This document shows positions 1-9,222 of a stretch of DNA of 32,000 nt, in pieces (positions within the stretch are counted from its first letter, which is position 1; each line of letters starts with the position of its first letter). A program made the translations under genes and the position numbers. The notes under the pieces were generated by a model, which searched no databases, was not told the origin of the DNA, and saw only the letters and a program-made list of their open reading frames with translations. This stretch comes from Candidatus Saccharimonadota bacterium (GTDB lineage: Bacteria > Patescibacteriota > Saccharimonadia > Saccharimonadales > UBA4665), in the NCBI GenBank assembly GCA_016700375.1, contig CP065016.1:420001-452000 (forward strand). The letters run 5' to 3'.

Positions 1-2
1 TT

Positions 3-368
3 AACAACGGCAAAGCCAAGTTTGCCTTTGTACGGCTCCGCGAGCTAACTACGGGAGATGTATTTACCATTCTCTACAACGGCAAGGTCTACTCGTACGA
101 AGTCTTTGCGAAAGAAATCGTTCCCCCTACCCAGGTCAGTGTGCTCACCGACACCAAAGGAGAGCAGGCGACTGCCGTACTCATAACCTGTGACCCTCCC
201 GGATTTAGCACAAATAGACTCGTGGTTTGGGGCAAACAAATAAGCCCCAGTGTCGCTTCAAACAAAACCCCAGCAACAGCACCGACCATTTCTGAGCCCC
301 AACAAATCACCAGCAACGGCCCAACGCTCTGGACCCGGATGTGGCGTGCTATCCAGTTCTGGAACTAA
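3..368 (+). CDS. sortase-family transpeptidase, C-terminal fragment (5' end lies outside the window)
   Basis: The frame-3 ORF is open from the window edge. The translation ...GDVFTILYNGKVYSYEVFAKEIVPP...ATAVLITCDPP...NRLVVWGK carries the sortase TLxTC-type active-site Cys motif (LITCDP) and the downstream conserved Arg. Confidence 0.8.
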   Translation, partial: NNGKAKFAFVRLRELTTGDVFTILYNGKVYSYEVFAKEIVPPTQVSVLTDTKGEQATAVLITCDPPGFSTNRLVVWGKQISPSVASNKTPATAPTISEPQQITSNGPTLWTRMWRAIQFWN

Positions 369-376
369 TGGCCGGA

Positions 377-1876
377 TTACTCTAGGACGTACGAGGTCTG
401 CATTAGCTGAAGCGTGCCATTGGCTTGTTGCGTCAGGCTATAGCCACGCAAATAGTTTGGTGCAAAATACACTCCGTACTGGGGTAGGGCATCTTGAAGC
501 GTCTGGCGATTGAGATTGTCGTAGTCATGCACAACAACCTTTCCTGAAGACACATACCAAAGCCTGTTGCCGTCCATCCAACTCGTAGGCGCCTGCGGCT
601 CATCCAATGGAGTAGGCTCAGTGTAGTGATATACACCTTCGTACTCTATGTCGTATACGGTATGTTCGGCACCTCTGTTAGCAACAACAAACTGGGCGTT
701 TGCAGAAAACGCAACATGCTGCGGGTTGATTAGTTTTAAGAATCGAAACGGCAGTGGTGTATCCGTCGGCTTTGCGAGCACCGCATCAAGCGGGTTTCGA
801 AACACATAAACACCCTTCAGAGCATTTGTGCCGGTAACAACGTACCATTTGCCGTCATACTCAGCGATATCGAGCAGGTATGTGTCTGCTACTGCCAAAC
901 GTTTGAGCACGCTGCTACGCGTACCCTGTTGCAGCACAACCGAAACGTATCCCGGCGTTTGCTTCTCGCCCAGCGGCGTATCTGTGACATAGAGCACCGT
1001 ATCGTCACCGTATGCTTTGTAGCTTATCACCCGCTCAAGCCGCAGCGCGTTCGGTGGGTTTGTTCCTAACTGAGCAGTCCGAAGCAACTTTGTTTCAGTG
1101 TTATAAATATAGAACTGGTTTTGCTTTTTGTTAAAAAACCGGATTTCGTCGGTAGGCAATAGGGCAAGCTCACTTGTGAGGTTCCTCGCCTGAGTGCCGT
1201 CTTGACGGTCAAGCATTATATATTCCCGTGCCTTTGATGTACCGTTTGTAAAAACGCGCTGGGTCAAGAAATGGCGCTCATCATCAGACCATTCAAGCAC
1301 ATTCCATGATTGTACACTTTCTGCGGCAGTAAAGACGGTGGGTTGCTGTGGAACAATTTTCGCACTCGGTTTATCGGCATTTTTCAGGTCAAACACTTGC
1401 AGTTGGCTGGGCTGAGCAGTGTCTGCAGCAACCAGCCATCGACGACCCGGGCTCTGGGAAACGAAGTGCAGCTGATTCGCAAAAGTCGCGACTTGTGCAC
1501 TCTTTAATTTAGCAGGGAACAGCACAGGGTAGTCAAAACGCTGAACATCGCCGCCCGCGACAGTCACCGTACGTTTCCATTCGGTGTACCCATCCCGCGC
1601 CAGCCGAATCGTGTATACTCCGCTGCGAAGGTTTGTCTTACTATTGGTTTGGAATTTTTGTAGTTTGTCATTAATGTATACATCTGCTCCGGTGGGCTGA
1701 CTAGATACAAAAATCAAACCACATCGGTCAACAGTACCGTCACGGCTCAAACAATAGCCATCGGTCTGTTTCAGCAACATCCAACTCATGAGCGCAATCG
1801 CGACCCCAATCAAGCAGTAGCTCGCAATGAGTACTATGTGGTTACGTCTTTCTTTCTGAGGGTCCAAGAAATCCAT
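377..1876 (-). CDS. membrane-anchored PEGA-domain protein
   Basis: 499-aa ORF with an N-terminal TM helix (IVLIASYCLIGVAIALMSWMLL). A PEGA-like segment follows (SSQPTGADVYINDK...YTIRLARDGYTEWKRTVTV), then a long beta-rich C-terminal region. Confidence 0.7.
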   Translation of the reverse strand: MDFLDPQKERRNHIVLIASYCLIGVAIALMSWMLLKQTDGYCLSRDGTVDRCGLIFVSSQPTGADVYINDKLQKFQTNSKTNLRSGVYTIRLARDGYTEWKRTVTVAGGDVQRFDYPVLFPAKLKSAQVATFANQLHFVSQSPGRRWLVAADTAQPSQLQVFDLKNADKPSAKIVPQQPTVFTAAESVQSWNVLEWSDDERHFLTQRVFTNGTSKAREYIMLDRQDGTQARNLTSELALLPTDEIRFFNKKQNQFYIYNTETKLLRTAQLGTNPPNALRLERVISYKAYGDDTVLYVTDTPLGEKQTPGYVSVVLQQGTRSSVLKRLAVADTYLLDIAEYDGKWYVVTGTNALKGVYVFRNPLDAVLAKPTDTPLPFRFLKLINPQHVAFSANAQFVVANRGAEHTVYDIEYEGVYHYTEPTPLDEPQAPTSWMDGNRLWYVSSGKVVVHDYDNLNRQTLQDALPQYGVYFAPNYLRGYSLTQQANGTLQLMQTSYVLE

Positions 1877-2016
1877 AGTTACATTTAGTATACACCGCTC
1901 TTCTGTATGACTTTCACGCCACTAGCTCTCAGCCCGGACAAACTACTTGCGTTTACAGAAGCAAAAGCGGTATTATGTACCTGAAAGAGCAATGCTGACG
2001 AGGGAAAGCAAACAGT

Positions 2017-3063
2017 ATGGAAAAAACAGTCGTGCAAGTAAATGGTAAGTCATACGATGCGGTCACGGGCCGTCGGATTACAGATATTATTGCCCCTGTA
2101 AAACAGCAGCTACAGCACGCTCCAAAGCCAGAAACTGTTGTCCGCGTAAAACAGCAACAGACACGCACGCAGACTGCTCGTCCTGCCGCAAGTCATGCAA
2201 AACGCCACACTCCCCAAACAGCCAAAACGCTTATGCGACGTGCCGTTACAAAGCCTAAAGCAGGTCTAAAGAAACAGCTGCATGTCCAGCACGAAGTTGC
2301 CCACACCTCGGAACACGCCATTGCAGTCAAGCACACGGCACTCCACCTCGACACCGCCCGGGCACGCCGAGCCAAACAAATCGAAAAAGACCAGCAGGTG
2401 CACCGTTTCCATAGCCCTACTCCCGTACCAGTTACCTTTATTCCTGTCGCCGTCCAAGCAGCGCCCCAAAATGTTGCAGTCCAAGAGGCACCAGTCGCAC
2501 CACCGCCTACAACCAGCACACCGGCGGATATGTTCGAGCAGGCTATAGCAAACGCAACACACTACGTCGATATTGCCGCTCACAGTAAGCACTTTAAGAA
2601 GAAGGCTCGCCGCCACCTTGTTACGATGACAGCGGGCGTCGCGGCCTTGCTCGCTATAGGTGGTTTCATCACCTATAGCAATACCCCAAGCCTTCAAGCA
2701 CGTATGGCAGGAGTAGTGGCCGGTGTGTCAACCAGTATGCCAAACTTCGCTGCAGCAGGCTTTCGGTACGAAGGTGTTAGCGGGCACAACGAACGCCTAA
2801 CCTACCGGTTTTCAAGCGAACTCGCCAAATACCAACTCGTTGAGCAGCAAACAAACTGGGATGGCGCCCAGATGATTCGTCAGGTTTCGTCAGTTGCCGC
2901 CAACGGCACCCCAAACTACACCGAATTCGTTGCTGACAACGTGACCATATACAAATTTAGCGATAGTCATGCCACTTGGATAAAGGGTGGCACGTGGTAC
3001 CAAGTACACGGCAAACAACCCCTCACTGATGCCCAGCTAGCTGCACTCGTCAAAAACAGCTAA
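2017..3063 (+). CDS. hypothetical single-pass membrane protein (basic N-terminus, extracytoplasmic C-terminal domain)
   Basis: 348-aa ORF with GAGGGA 11 nt upstream of the ATG. It has a Lys/Arg/Gln-rich N-terminal half, one TM helix (LVTMTAGVAALLAIGGFITY) and no family motif I recognise. Confidence 0.6.
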   Translation: MEKTVVQVNGKSYDAVTGRRITDIIAPVKQQLQHAPKPETVVRVKQQQTRTQTARPAASHAKRHTPQTAKTLMRRAVTKPKAGLKKQLHVQHEVAHTSEHAIAVKHTALHLDTARARRAKQIEKDQQVHRFHSPTPVPVTFIPVAVQAAPQNVAVQEAPVAPPPTTSTPADMFEQAIANATHYVDIAAHSKHFKKKARRHLVTMTAGVAALLAIGGFITYSNTPSLQARMAGVVAGVSTSMPNFAAAGFRYEGVSGHNERLTYRFSSELAKYQLVEQQTNWDGAQMIRQVSSVAANGTPNYTEFVADNVTIYKFSDSHATWIKGGTWYQVHGKQPLTDAQLAALVKNS

Positions 3064-3073
3064 CCGCAACCGC

Positions 3074-3102
3074 TTAACTCTCCTCTGCTAAATCTGTATA
3101 CT
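3074..3102 (+). promoter_or_regulatory. sigma70-type promoter of gltX (TTAACT-17-TATACT), probably giving a leaderless mRNA
   Basis: The -35 TTAACT is at 3074-3079, the spacer is 17 nt and the -10 TATACT is at 3097-3102. The gltX ATG at 3109 lies only 6 nt after the -10, and there is no SD sequence. Confidence 0.5.
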
Positions 3103-3108
3103 GACAGT

Positions 3109-4527
3109 ATGAGCACCGTACGAACACGTTTTGCCCCCAGCCCAACTGGCTACATTCACGTCGGTAATGTACGCGCGGCATTATTCCCGTGGCTGTTAGC
3201 ACGACAGCAAGGTGGGGCCTTCATACTTCGTATAGAAGATACTGACCAAGCCCGGCTGGTTGAGGGCGCAACTGACCTCATACTCGACACGCTCGAGTGG
3301 CTTGGCCTTACCTGGGATGAAGGTCCGCGCGTCGGTGGGGCACACGGCCCATACGTTCAGACCGAACGCCGCGAAATATACCGGGCTTGGGCAGAAAAAC
3401 TCATCGAAAAGGGTCTCGCCTATGCCGACCCATACACCCCAGAACAAGTCCAAGCCTTCCGCGAAGAAGCCAAGGCTGCCAAAAAAGCTTTTCTGTACCG
3501 GGATCACCGCCCAACGAATCCTCCAACATGGGATGGCACACAGCCCCTTCGCTTCAAGGTAACAGATGTGAAGCGTTACACCTGGAGCGACCCCGTCATG
3601 GGTGAGCTCACCGCCGGCCCCGAAGCGCTGGACGATTTCATCCTCATGAAGGCCGATGGCCTGCCCACGTACAACTTCGCGCACATTGTCGACGATGCCG
3701 AAATGGGCGTCACCCACGTCATACGCGGCCTCGAATACATCAGTTCTATACCGCGCTACCTCAGCCTCTACGAAGCACTTGAGCTACCGGTGCCAGTTCT
3801 AGCATGTCTGCCGCACGTCATGGCGCCAGACGGCAAAAAGAAGCTCGGCAAGCGCGACGGCGCCAAAAGTGTCACCGACTACCGCACCGACGGCATCTTG
3901 CCCGAAACCATGCTGAACTTCCTCGCTAGCCTCGGCTGGAATGATGGCACAGAGCAAGAAATATTTACCCGCGAAGAACTCATCGCCAAATTTGACCTTA
4001 GCCGCGTCCAGAAGAGCGGGGCACGGTTCGATGAAGCACGTCTGCTCTGGCTGAACGGCCAGTGGATTCGCCGTCTTCCCCTCGACGACCTGTGTAGCCG
4101 CGTCGACGCGTATTGGCCCGTAGAGGCCAGCGACGCTGAAGCCGGCTACAAACGCCAGGTACTCGCCCTTGTGCAAGACCGCCTAAAAACACTCGCCGAA
4201 CTCCCCATGATGACGCGCTACTTTTTTGTCGAACCAAGTGAAGACCGCTCGCTTATAGCAGAGAACAAACAGCTGAAAAAACTGTTCCCAGGTGAAATCG
4301 ACCATCTGATTTCGACCGCACATAATAAGCTTGCAGCGGTAGAGCAGTGGGACGCCGAACACATTCAAACCGCCCTTAACGAACTACTAGAAGAAACCGG
4401 CCAAAAACCCGGCATCCTCTTCAGCCTCATCCGCATCTACACCACCTGGGCACCGTTCAGCCCCCAGCTCGACGCCACCCTCGCCCTCATAGGGAAACCA
4501 GCTACTCTTCAGAGATTGACGAAGTAG
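3109..4527 (+). CDS. gltX: glutamate--tRNA ligase
   Basis: 472 aa with a class I HIGH-type motif (PSPTGYIHVGNVRAALF) and a KMSKS-type loop (KLGKRDG). Overall GltX-like sequence (RIEDTD, YNFAHIVDD). Confidence 0.97.
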   Translation: MSTVRTRFAPSPTGYIHVGNVRAALFPWLLARQQGGAFILRIEDTDQARLVEGATDLILDTLEWLGLTWDEGPRVGGAHGPYVQTERREIYRAWAEKLIEKGLAYADPYTPEQVQAFREEAKAAKKAFLYRDHRPTNPPTWDGTQPLRFKVTDVKRYTWSDPVMGELTAGPEALDDFILMKADGLPTYNFAHIVDDAEMGVTHVIRGLEYISSIPRYLSLYEALELPVPVLACLPHVMAPDGKKKLGKRDGAKSVTDYRTDGILPETMLNFLASLGWNDGTEQEIFTREELIAKFDLSRVQKSGARFDEARLLWLNGQWIRRLPLDDLCSRVDAYWPVEASDAEAGYKRQVLALVQDRLKTLAELPMMTRYFFVEPSEDRSLIAENKQLKKLFPGEIDHLISTAHNKLAAVEQWDAEHIQTALNELLEETGQKPGILFSLIRIYTTWAPFSPQLDATLALIGKPATLQRLTK

Positions 4528-5596
4528 ACGGCGTAGGTGACTTTGGCTCGACAACCGTTAAAAAAAGTACCTCTTTATTGCGTCTCGGGTTATATGTTTT
4601 CCGAGCAACAATCTTCAAACCGTTTGGATTGTGCCTGGTATCTATTTGCTGCAGAAAATCAACCGCCCTCAATACCTCTTGTGGCGATACCGGACGATTA
4701 AACAAGCTGGCCATTCGCTCAACCAACTGAGGAAACCATATGCCTTCTTCACTCGACACCAGCGTTTCACGTATCTGTCTAAGAAACATTTTCTTCTCAG
4801 CAACTTCTCTGGCAGAACGAGTTTGCGCAGTTTGTTCAGATGCTAACATATAGTAGCTAAGCGAGCCAGTCTCTTCCGCAACAAATCTGTCTAAAGCATC
4901 GTTTCCTTGCGTGAGAGTGTCTAGCGCCGCGCTGAGCATTCTAGGCTGCAGCCTGTTGCCCCTATTACCAGGAAACCATTCCCGTATATCATCACGGGTT
5001 ACCACTTGGTCTTGCCGCACAAGAAATCCCGCTTTCAGCGCTTGCACAAGTGCTTTTGGAGCTGGTTTCGGCGGGACAGACACTTCACCCCGAGTACTTT
5101 CTTGATTCGGCGCTAACTTGGGTTGGGCACTCCTGGTGCTTGGCTTTCTGGTGTACTTTGGTGTACTCCCGGTCGAAGGCTGCGAAGAACCTGTAGGTTT
5201 ATTAGTATCTGATGCCAAAAAGTAGGTTCTTCTTCCTGCCCGCATTTTTGTGCCGATTGCACCGGCGTCTAGAAGCTCAGTTAAGGCCAATTTTGCGGCA
5301 GTATATACTGTCTTCGGCGTGGGGTCCACAACGAACGACTCAACGACCCCAGTAACAGACTGCGCGGGAACCTCACCCGTTTCTTGGATAATAGCCGCAA
5401 TTATTGCTGTCGCAGCAGGAGAAAAATCTTTGCCACCTGGTGGCGCGCCGAGTTCGCTATGCCCGCCAGAAGGTATTCCTTGTTCGTCGTGCACTGTCAT
5501 CCCCTGCGTTAATAACGCTCTGTCTTTCTTTAGGGGGTTTAGTGTACTTTGAAAAAAAATGAAAGGCAAGCACAAGCACATTATTTTCTGGTACAA
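4502..5596 (-). CDS. hypothetical protein (three winged-helix-like segments separated by a Pro/Ser/Thr-rich linker)
   Basis: 364-aa ORF, convergent with gltX and overlapping it by 26 nt. The first 32 codons look non-native (MYQKIMCLCLPFIFF), so the more likely start is M33 at 5500 (MTVHDEQG...). Confidence 0.6.
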   Translation of the reverse strand: MYQKIMCLCLPFIFFQSTLNPLKKDRALLTQGMTVHDEQGIPSGGHSELGAPPGGKDFSPAATAIIAAIIQETGEVPAQSVTGVVESFVVDPTPKTVYTAAKLALTELLDAGAIGTKMRAGRRTYFLASDTNKPTGSSQPSTGSTPKYTRKPSTRSAQPKLAPNQESTRGEVSVPPKPAPKALVQALKAGFLVRQDQVVTRDDIREWFPGNRGNRLQPRMLSAALDTLTQGNDALDRFVAEETGSLSYYMLASEQTAQTRSAREVAEKKMFLRQIRETLVSSEEGIWFPQLVERMASLFNRPVSPQEVLRAVDFLQQIDTRHNPNGLKIVARKTYNPRRNKEVLFLTVVEPKSPTPSTSSISEE

Positions 5597-5597
5597 T
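5589..5597 (+). promoter_or_regulatory. extended -10 element (TGGTACAAT) 7 nt upstream of the 5605 ATG
   Basis: TGnTAcAAT is at 5589-5597 and the ATG at 5605. No SD sequence lies between them. Confidence 0.4.
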
Positions 5598-5604
5598 ACT
5601 ACTT

Positions 5605-6957
5605 ATGATTAGCGACTTTGTCGGTGGGGATGATTCGCGCCGCAAACCAAAACGAATAGAACCGCTCGAAAAAGAACCCCAACGGTCAATTCACGAGCTG
5701 GCCGCTGAGCACGAAGCAAGCGAGCAGCTTGAAGAACAAGCGCCCGCCGAACCCTCGTTTGTTCCGCCAGATGAAATCGTAGAAACAGCAAATGAAGTAA
5801 ACACTACCCCTGTAGACACACCATCCCAGGTGAAATTGCGCGCCGGGTTTTTCTCGCCCCGCTGGACGCTGAGCAAAAAGTGGACCATAGCTGCCGCCGT
5901 ATTATCACTCTTGCTCGTTGGTGGCGGGGGAGCAGCGGCCTACTACCTGACGCGCCCAACCGTGAAGGGTGGAGTACACCGCAGCAAGAACCCGCCAAAG
6001 CCCGCACCCAAAATCACAACCGTCGCAAACACACTGAGCGGCCTGCAGGTTGACCCAAGCGTAAACCAGCGACCAGTATTCGGCGTGATGGTCGAAAACC
6101 ATTACCCCGATGCCCGTCCACAAAGTGGCATAGACCAAGCTGGTGTGGTGTTTGAGGCAATCGCGGAAGGCGGCATAACCCGCTTTCTCACGCTGTATCA
6201 AGACAATCAACCAGATTATATCGGTCCCGTACGCAGCGCGCGCCCATACTATGTGCAGTGGTGCATGAGTTTTGACTGCGCCTATGCTCATGCCGGAGGC
6301 AGCCCCGAAGCATTAGCCGATATCCGTGCTTGGGGCACCAAAGACTTAAACGACACAAGAGGCATATTCTGGCGAATATCGAGCCGCTACGCCCCGCATA
6401 ACCTCTACACCAGCATTCCGAAACTCAGTGAGCTGGCAGTCAGCAGAGGGTACGGCGCCGCATCGTTCACCGGCTTTAGTAGAAAAACAGAGCAGCCTTA
6501 CAAAGCACCCGCCACTGCGCCGACTGCGAAGAAACAGACCACCACGCCCGACACTCGTACACCCGCATCAGGTATTAACCTCAACATATCAAGTGGTCAG
6601 TACAACGCTCGCTTTGAATACGACCCCGCTACGAACAGCTACAAGCGCAGCCAAGGCGGCGCTGCCCACATGGTAGTAGACGGTGCGGGCGCGCAAACCC
6701 AACTTCGCCCAAAGGTTGTTATTGCCATAATTACCACCTACGGCGTTGCGAGCGACAAACATTCCCAGTACGGCGTGGTTGGTAGCGGTCAAGCGTTTGT
6801 GTTTCAGGACGGCACCGTCACCACGGGCACTTGGAGTAAAGGTGACACCACGGCACCGCTCACGTTCACTGACAGCACCGGTCAACCGCTGCCACTAAAC
6901 CCCGGCCAAACATGGATAACCGCTCTAAGCGGAACAGACCGCTTAGCATACCAATAG
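5605..6957 (+). CDS. DUF3048 (YerB-like) domain-containing membrane-anchored protein
   Basis: 450 aa with an acidic N-terminus and a TM helix (WTIAAAVLSLLLVGGGGAAAYYL). The characteristic DUF3048 core follows (VMVENHYPDARPQSGIDQAGVVFEAIAEGGITRFLTLYQ...RSARPYY). Confidence 0.75.
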   Translation: MISDFVGGDDSRRKPKRIEPLEKEPQRSIHELAAEHEASEQLEEQAPAEPSFVPPDEIVETANEVNTTPVDTPSQVKLRAGFFSPRWTLSKKWTIAAAVLSLLLVGGGGAAAYYLTRPTVKGGVHRSKNPPKPAPKITTVANTLSGLQVDPSVNQRPVFGVMVENHYPDARPQSGIDQAGVVFEAIAEGGITRFLTLYQDNQPDYIGPVRSARPYYVQWCMSFDCAYAHAGGSPEALADIRAWGTKDLNDTRGIFWRISSRYAPHNLYTSIPKLSELAVSRGYGAASFTGFSRKTEQPYKAPATAPTAKKQTTTPDTRTPASGINLNISSGQYNARFEYDPATNSYKRSQGGAAHMVVDGAGAQTQLRPKVVIAIITTYGVASDKHSQYGVVGSGQAFVFQDGTVTTGTWSKGDTTAPLTFTDSTGQPLPLNPGQTWITALSGTDRLAYQ

Positions 6958-6960
6958 GCC

Positions 6961-8499
6961 ATGGATTTTTTCAGCAAATACCGCAGACAGCTCACGACAA
7001 GACTCATTCTTATTATGGTTGTATTTCAGGTGCTTGTCATGGGTACCGGTTGGCTGCTTGCCAGCAGAGGAAACATATCAACAACCACCATACTTATTGC
7101 TATGTCTGCGCTGGGTCTGTGTGGCAGTGTGCTATTTGCTCGTTTTGCAAGCCACGCAAGTGCCGAGCCAATACACATAATCTGGCAGGCCATTCAACAC
7201 GTTGCCCCTCACGGAGATACGCAGCCGTCACCAAATATCGACACCCTGCAGTATGGCCGAGAACTTGTATCTAACCTTGTAAACCACGTCTACCAAATGG
7301 CTAGCGTCGTTAGCGACGTCGAAAAAACAAACACCAAGAAAATCCAAGATATTCATGCAAACTTTCTTGCAAATTCATTACCCTTGCCTATGGTTGTGCT
7401 CGATAAAGACGATAACATCGTCTACATCAACGACACTGCCGTCAAATATTTCGCGCTGCCAGTTGACGAGCTAGAAACCAAGAACGTATATACCGCACTC
7501 GACATGTCATTTTCCGATGACCAAACCCTGCACAGCTGGCTCCAAACTGTCCGCAGGAGTAGCGTCACCGCAAACATGCGCTGGGAGCGTGTTCGGATAG
7601 GCCTCCCTGGTCAAAAAGACACAAAACAGTTTGACCTTGCGGCGCACTTTAACAGCGACAACCCCATGGGCTACGAGACGCTGCTCATCCTGTTTGACCA
7701 CACCGAAGTCTACAGTCAGGACGACCAAGCAATGAGCTTTGTAGCACTAACCGTTCACGAACTACGCACCCCACTAACGCTGCTCCGAGGGTACATAGAG
7801 GTGTTTGACGAAGAGCTAGGGCCAACGCTCAATGCCGAACTAAAAGACTTTATGAAAAAAATGGATGCCAGCGCCCAGCAGCTTGCCGCCTTTGTCGATA
7901 ACATCCTCAACGTTGCCAAAATAGAGGACAACCAGCTCACGCTGCAGCTCAAAGAAGAAAAATGGGAAGATGTGCTGCGTACCGTTGTAAATGATTTGCG
8001 CCTGCGAGCCGGTGTACGTGGTGTAACTATTAAAGCCACCGTTGCTCGAGACCTACCGAGTGTCGGCGTAGATCGCTACAGTATTTACGAAGTCGTTGCC
8101 AACTTGCTCGATAACGCTATCAAATACTCCAGAGGCACCAAAGAAGTCCACCTAACCGCTGTGCTCAATGCCGACGGCATGGTCGAAACGAGCGTGAAAG
8201 ACTTTGGCCTCGGCATAGACGGCAGTATATTACCGCACATTTTCGACAAATTTTACCGCAACCACCGCAACCGCGCCCAAATAGGTGGCACCGGGCTTGG
8301 CCTGTACCTCAGCCGGGCAATTGTACAGGCCCACGGCGGTCAAATATCGGTGAACAGCAAAGTAGATGAGGGAAGCACATTTACATTTACCGTGTTACCA
8401 TACGCGAAGCTTGCAGAGTCGGGCAAAACAGGCAATACTAATGGCATAACCCGGGGAGCCCACGGCTGGATTAAAAACCACTCACTGTACCGGGACTAA
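6961..8499 (+). CDS. sensor histidine kinase
   Basis: 512 aa with two N-terminal TM helices and a PAS-like middle region. It has an H-box (VHELRTPLT), an N-box (LDNAIKYS) and a G-box (GGTGLGLYLSRAIVQAHGG). It is tightly packed against the preceding and following genes. Confidence 0.92.
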   Translation: MDFFSKYRRQLTTRLILIMVVFQVLVMGTGWLLASRGNISTTTILIAMSALGLCGSVLFARFASHASAEPIHIIWQAIQHVAPHGDTQPSPNIDTLQYGRELVSNLVNHVYQMASVVSDVEKTNTKKIQDIHANFLANSLPLPMVVLDKDDNIVYINDTAVKYFALPVDELETKNVYTALDMSFSDDQTLHSWLQTVRRSSVTANMRWERVRIGLPGQKDTKQFDLAAHFNSDNPMGYETLLILFDHTEVYSQDDQAMSFVALTVHELRTPLTLLRGYIEVFDEELGPTLNAELKDFMKKMDASAQQLAAFVDNILNVAKIEDNQLTLQLKEEKWEDVLRTVVNDLRLRAGVRGVTIKATVARDLPSVGVDRYSIYEVVANLLDNAIKYSRGTKEVHLTAVLNADGMVETSVKDFGLGIDGSILPHIFDKFYRNHRNRAQIGGTGLGLYLSRAIVQAHGGQISVNSKVDEGSTFTFTVLPYAKLAESGKTGNTNGITRGAHGWIKNHSLYRD

Positions 8500-8510
8500 G
8501 ACAGGAACGT

Positions 8511-8915
8511 ATGGAACCAGACACAATCGCACAACCACCAAAGCTCAAAAAAATCCTCTGCATAGAGGATGAACACTTCATAAGTGAACTCTATGCTCGG
8601 GCTCTCACCAAGGCAGGCTACGAGGTGGATGTCCAGCTCGACGGCCAAAAGGGACTTGCCGCTGCCCAGACCGACAGCTACGACATAATCCTCCTTGACC
8701 TCATGGTGCCTAATATTACCGGCATAGAAATTCTTCGTACCCTCCGTGACCCCCGCGAAACACCCAAGATGCACGCTCGTATTATCATTACCACAAACCT
8801 CGAACAGCGAGATGACGTCCGTGCCGACATAGAGCATCAGGCCGATGGCTACCTCGTGAAGGCCGAAATCACCCCCCACCAGCTCGTCGAGTTCCTGGGC
8901 ACGCTTGAATCATAA
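8511..8915 (+). CDS. stand-alone response-regulator receiver (CheY-like)
   Basis: 134 aa with the receiver signature ILCIEDE...IILLDLMVPNITG...GYLVKAE. There is no output domain. Confidence 0.9.
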   Translation: MEPDTIAQPPKLKKILCIEDEHFISELYARALTKAGYEVDVQLDGQKGLAAAQTDSYDIILLDLMVPNITGIEILRTLRDPRETPKMHARIIITTNLEQRDDVRADIEHQADGYLVKAEITPHQLVEFLGTLES

Positions 8916-9035
8916 TGAGAGAACGCAGTTCTTAGTCGGACAGACGGATAGTCGGATAGCTAAAAAGGCATAGGCCACCGCAGCGTCGGGTATCGAAAGA
9001 AACGATTACCAATGTTCGACTACCGTGACAGCCAT

Positions 9036-9184
9036 AAGGCCGCTTTCTTCAACCATCGCGTTAGCGATACAAGTAAGACGGCCATGCGGAAATTCACGGC
9101 TGGCATGTTGTCGGCTTTGACAACTTCCGAAAGGCGACGAGACTTGTTTGACGAAGCATAGTATTGCCAGTGGCAATACTATGC
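9036..9184. repeat. family C intergenic structured repeat, copy 1 (conserved 65-nt block plus 13-bp-stem hairpin)
   Basis: 9036-9100 (AAGGCCGCT...ATCGCGTTAGCGATACAAGTAAGACGG...CACGGC) is ~80% identical to 11812-11877. A perfect 13-bp stem GCATAGTATTGCC-agt-GGCAATACTATGC lies at 9156-9184. Confidence 0.7.
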
Positions 9185-9222
9185 TAAGGAGTTGTCGAGT
9201 TGGTTGTCAAAACGAACAACTA

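Noticed and set aside
2193-2697. Antisense and alternate-frame ORFs (108, 143 and 88 aa) inside the 2017-3063 gene
   Set aside because: They overlap a longer ORF that has an SD and a TM helix, and they show no supporting signals.
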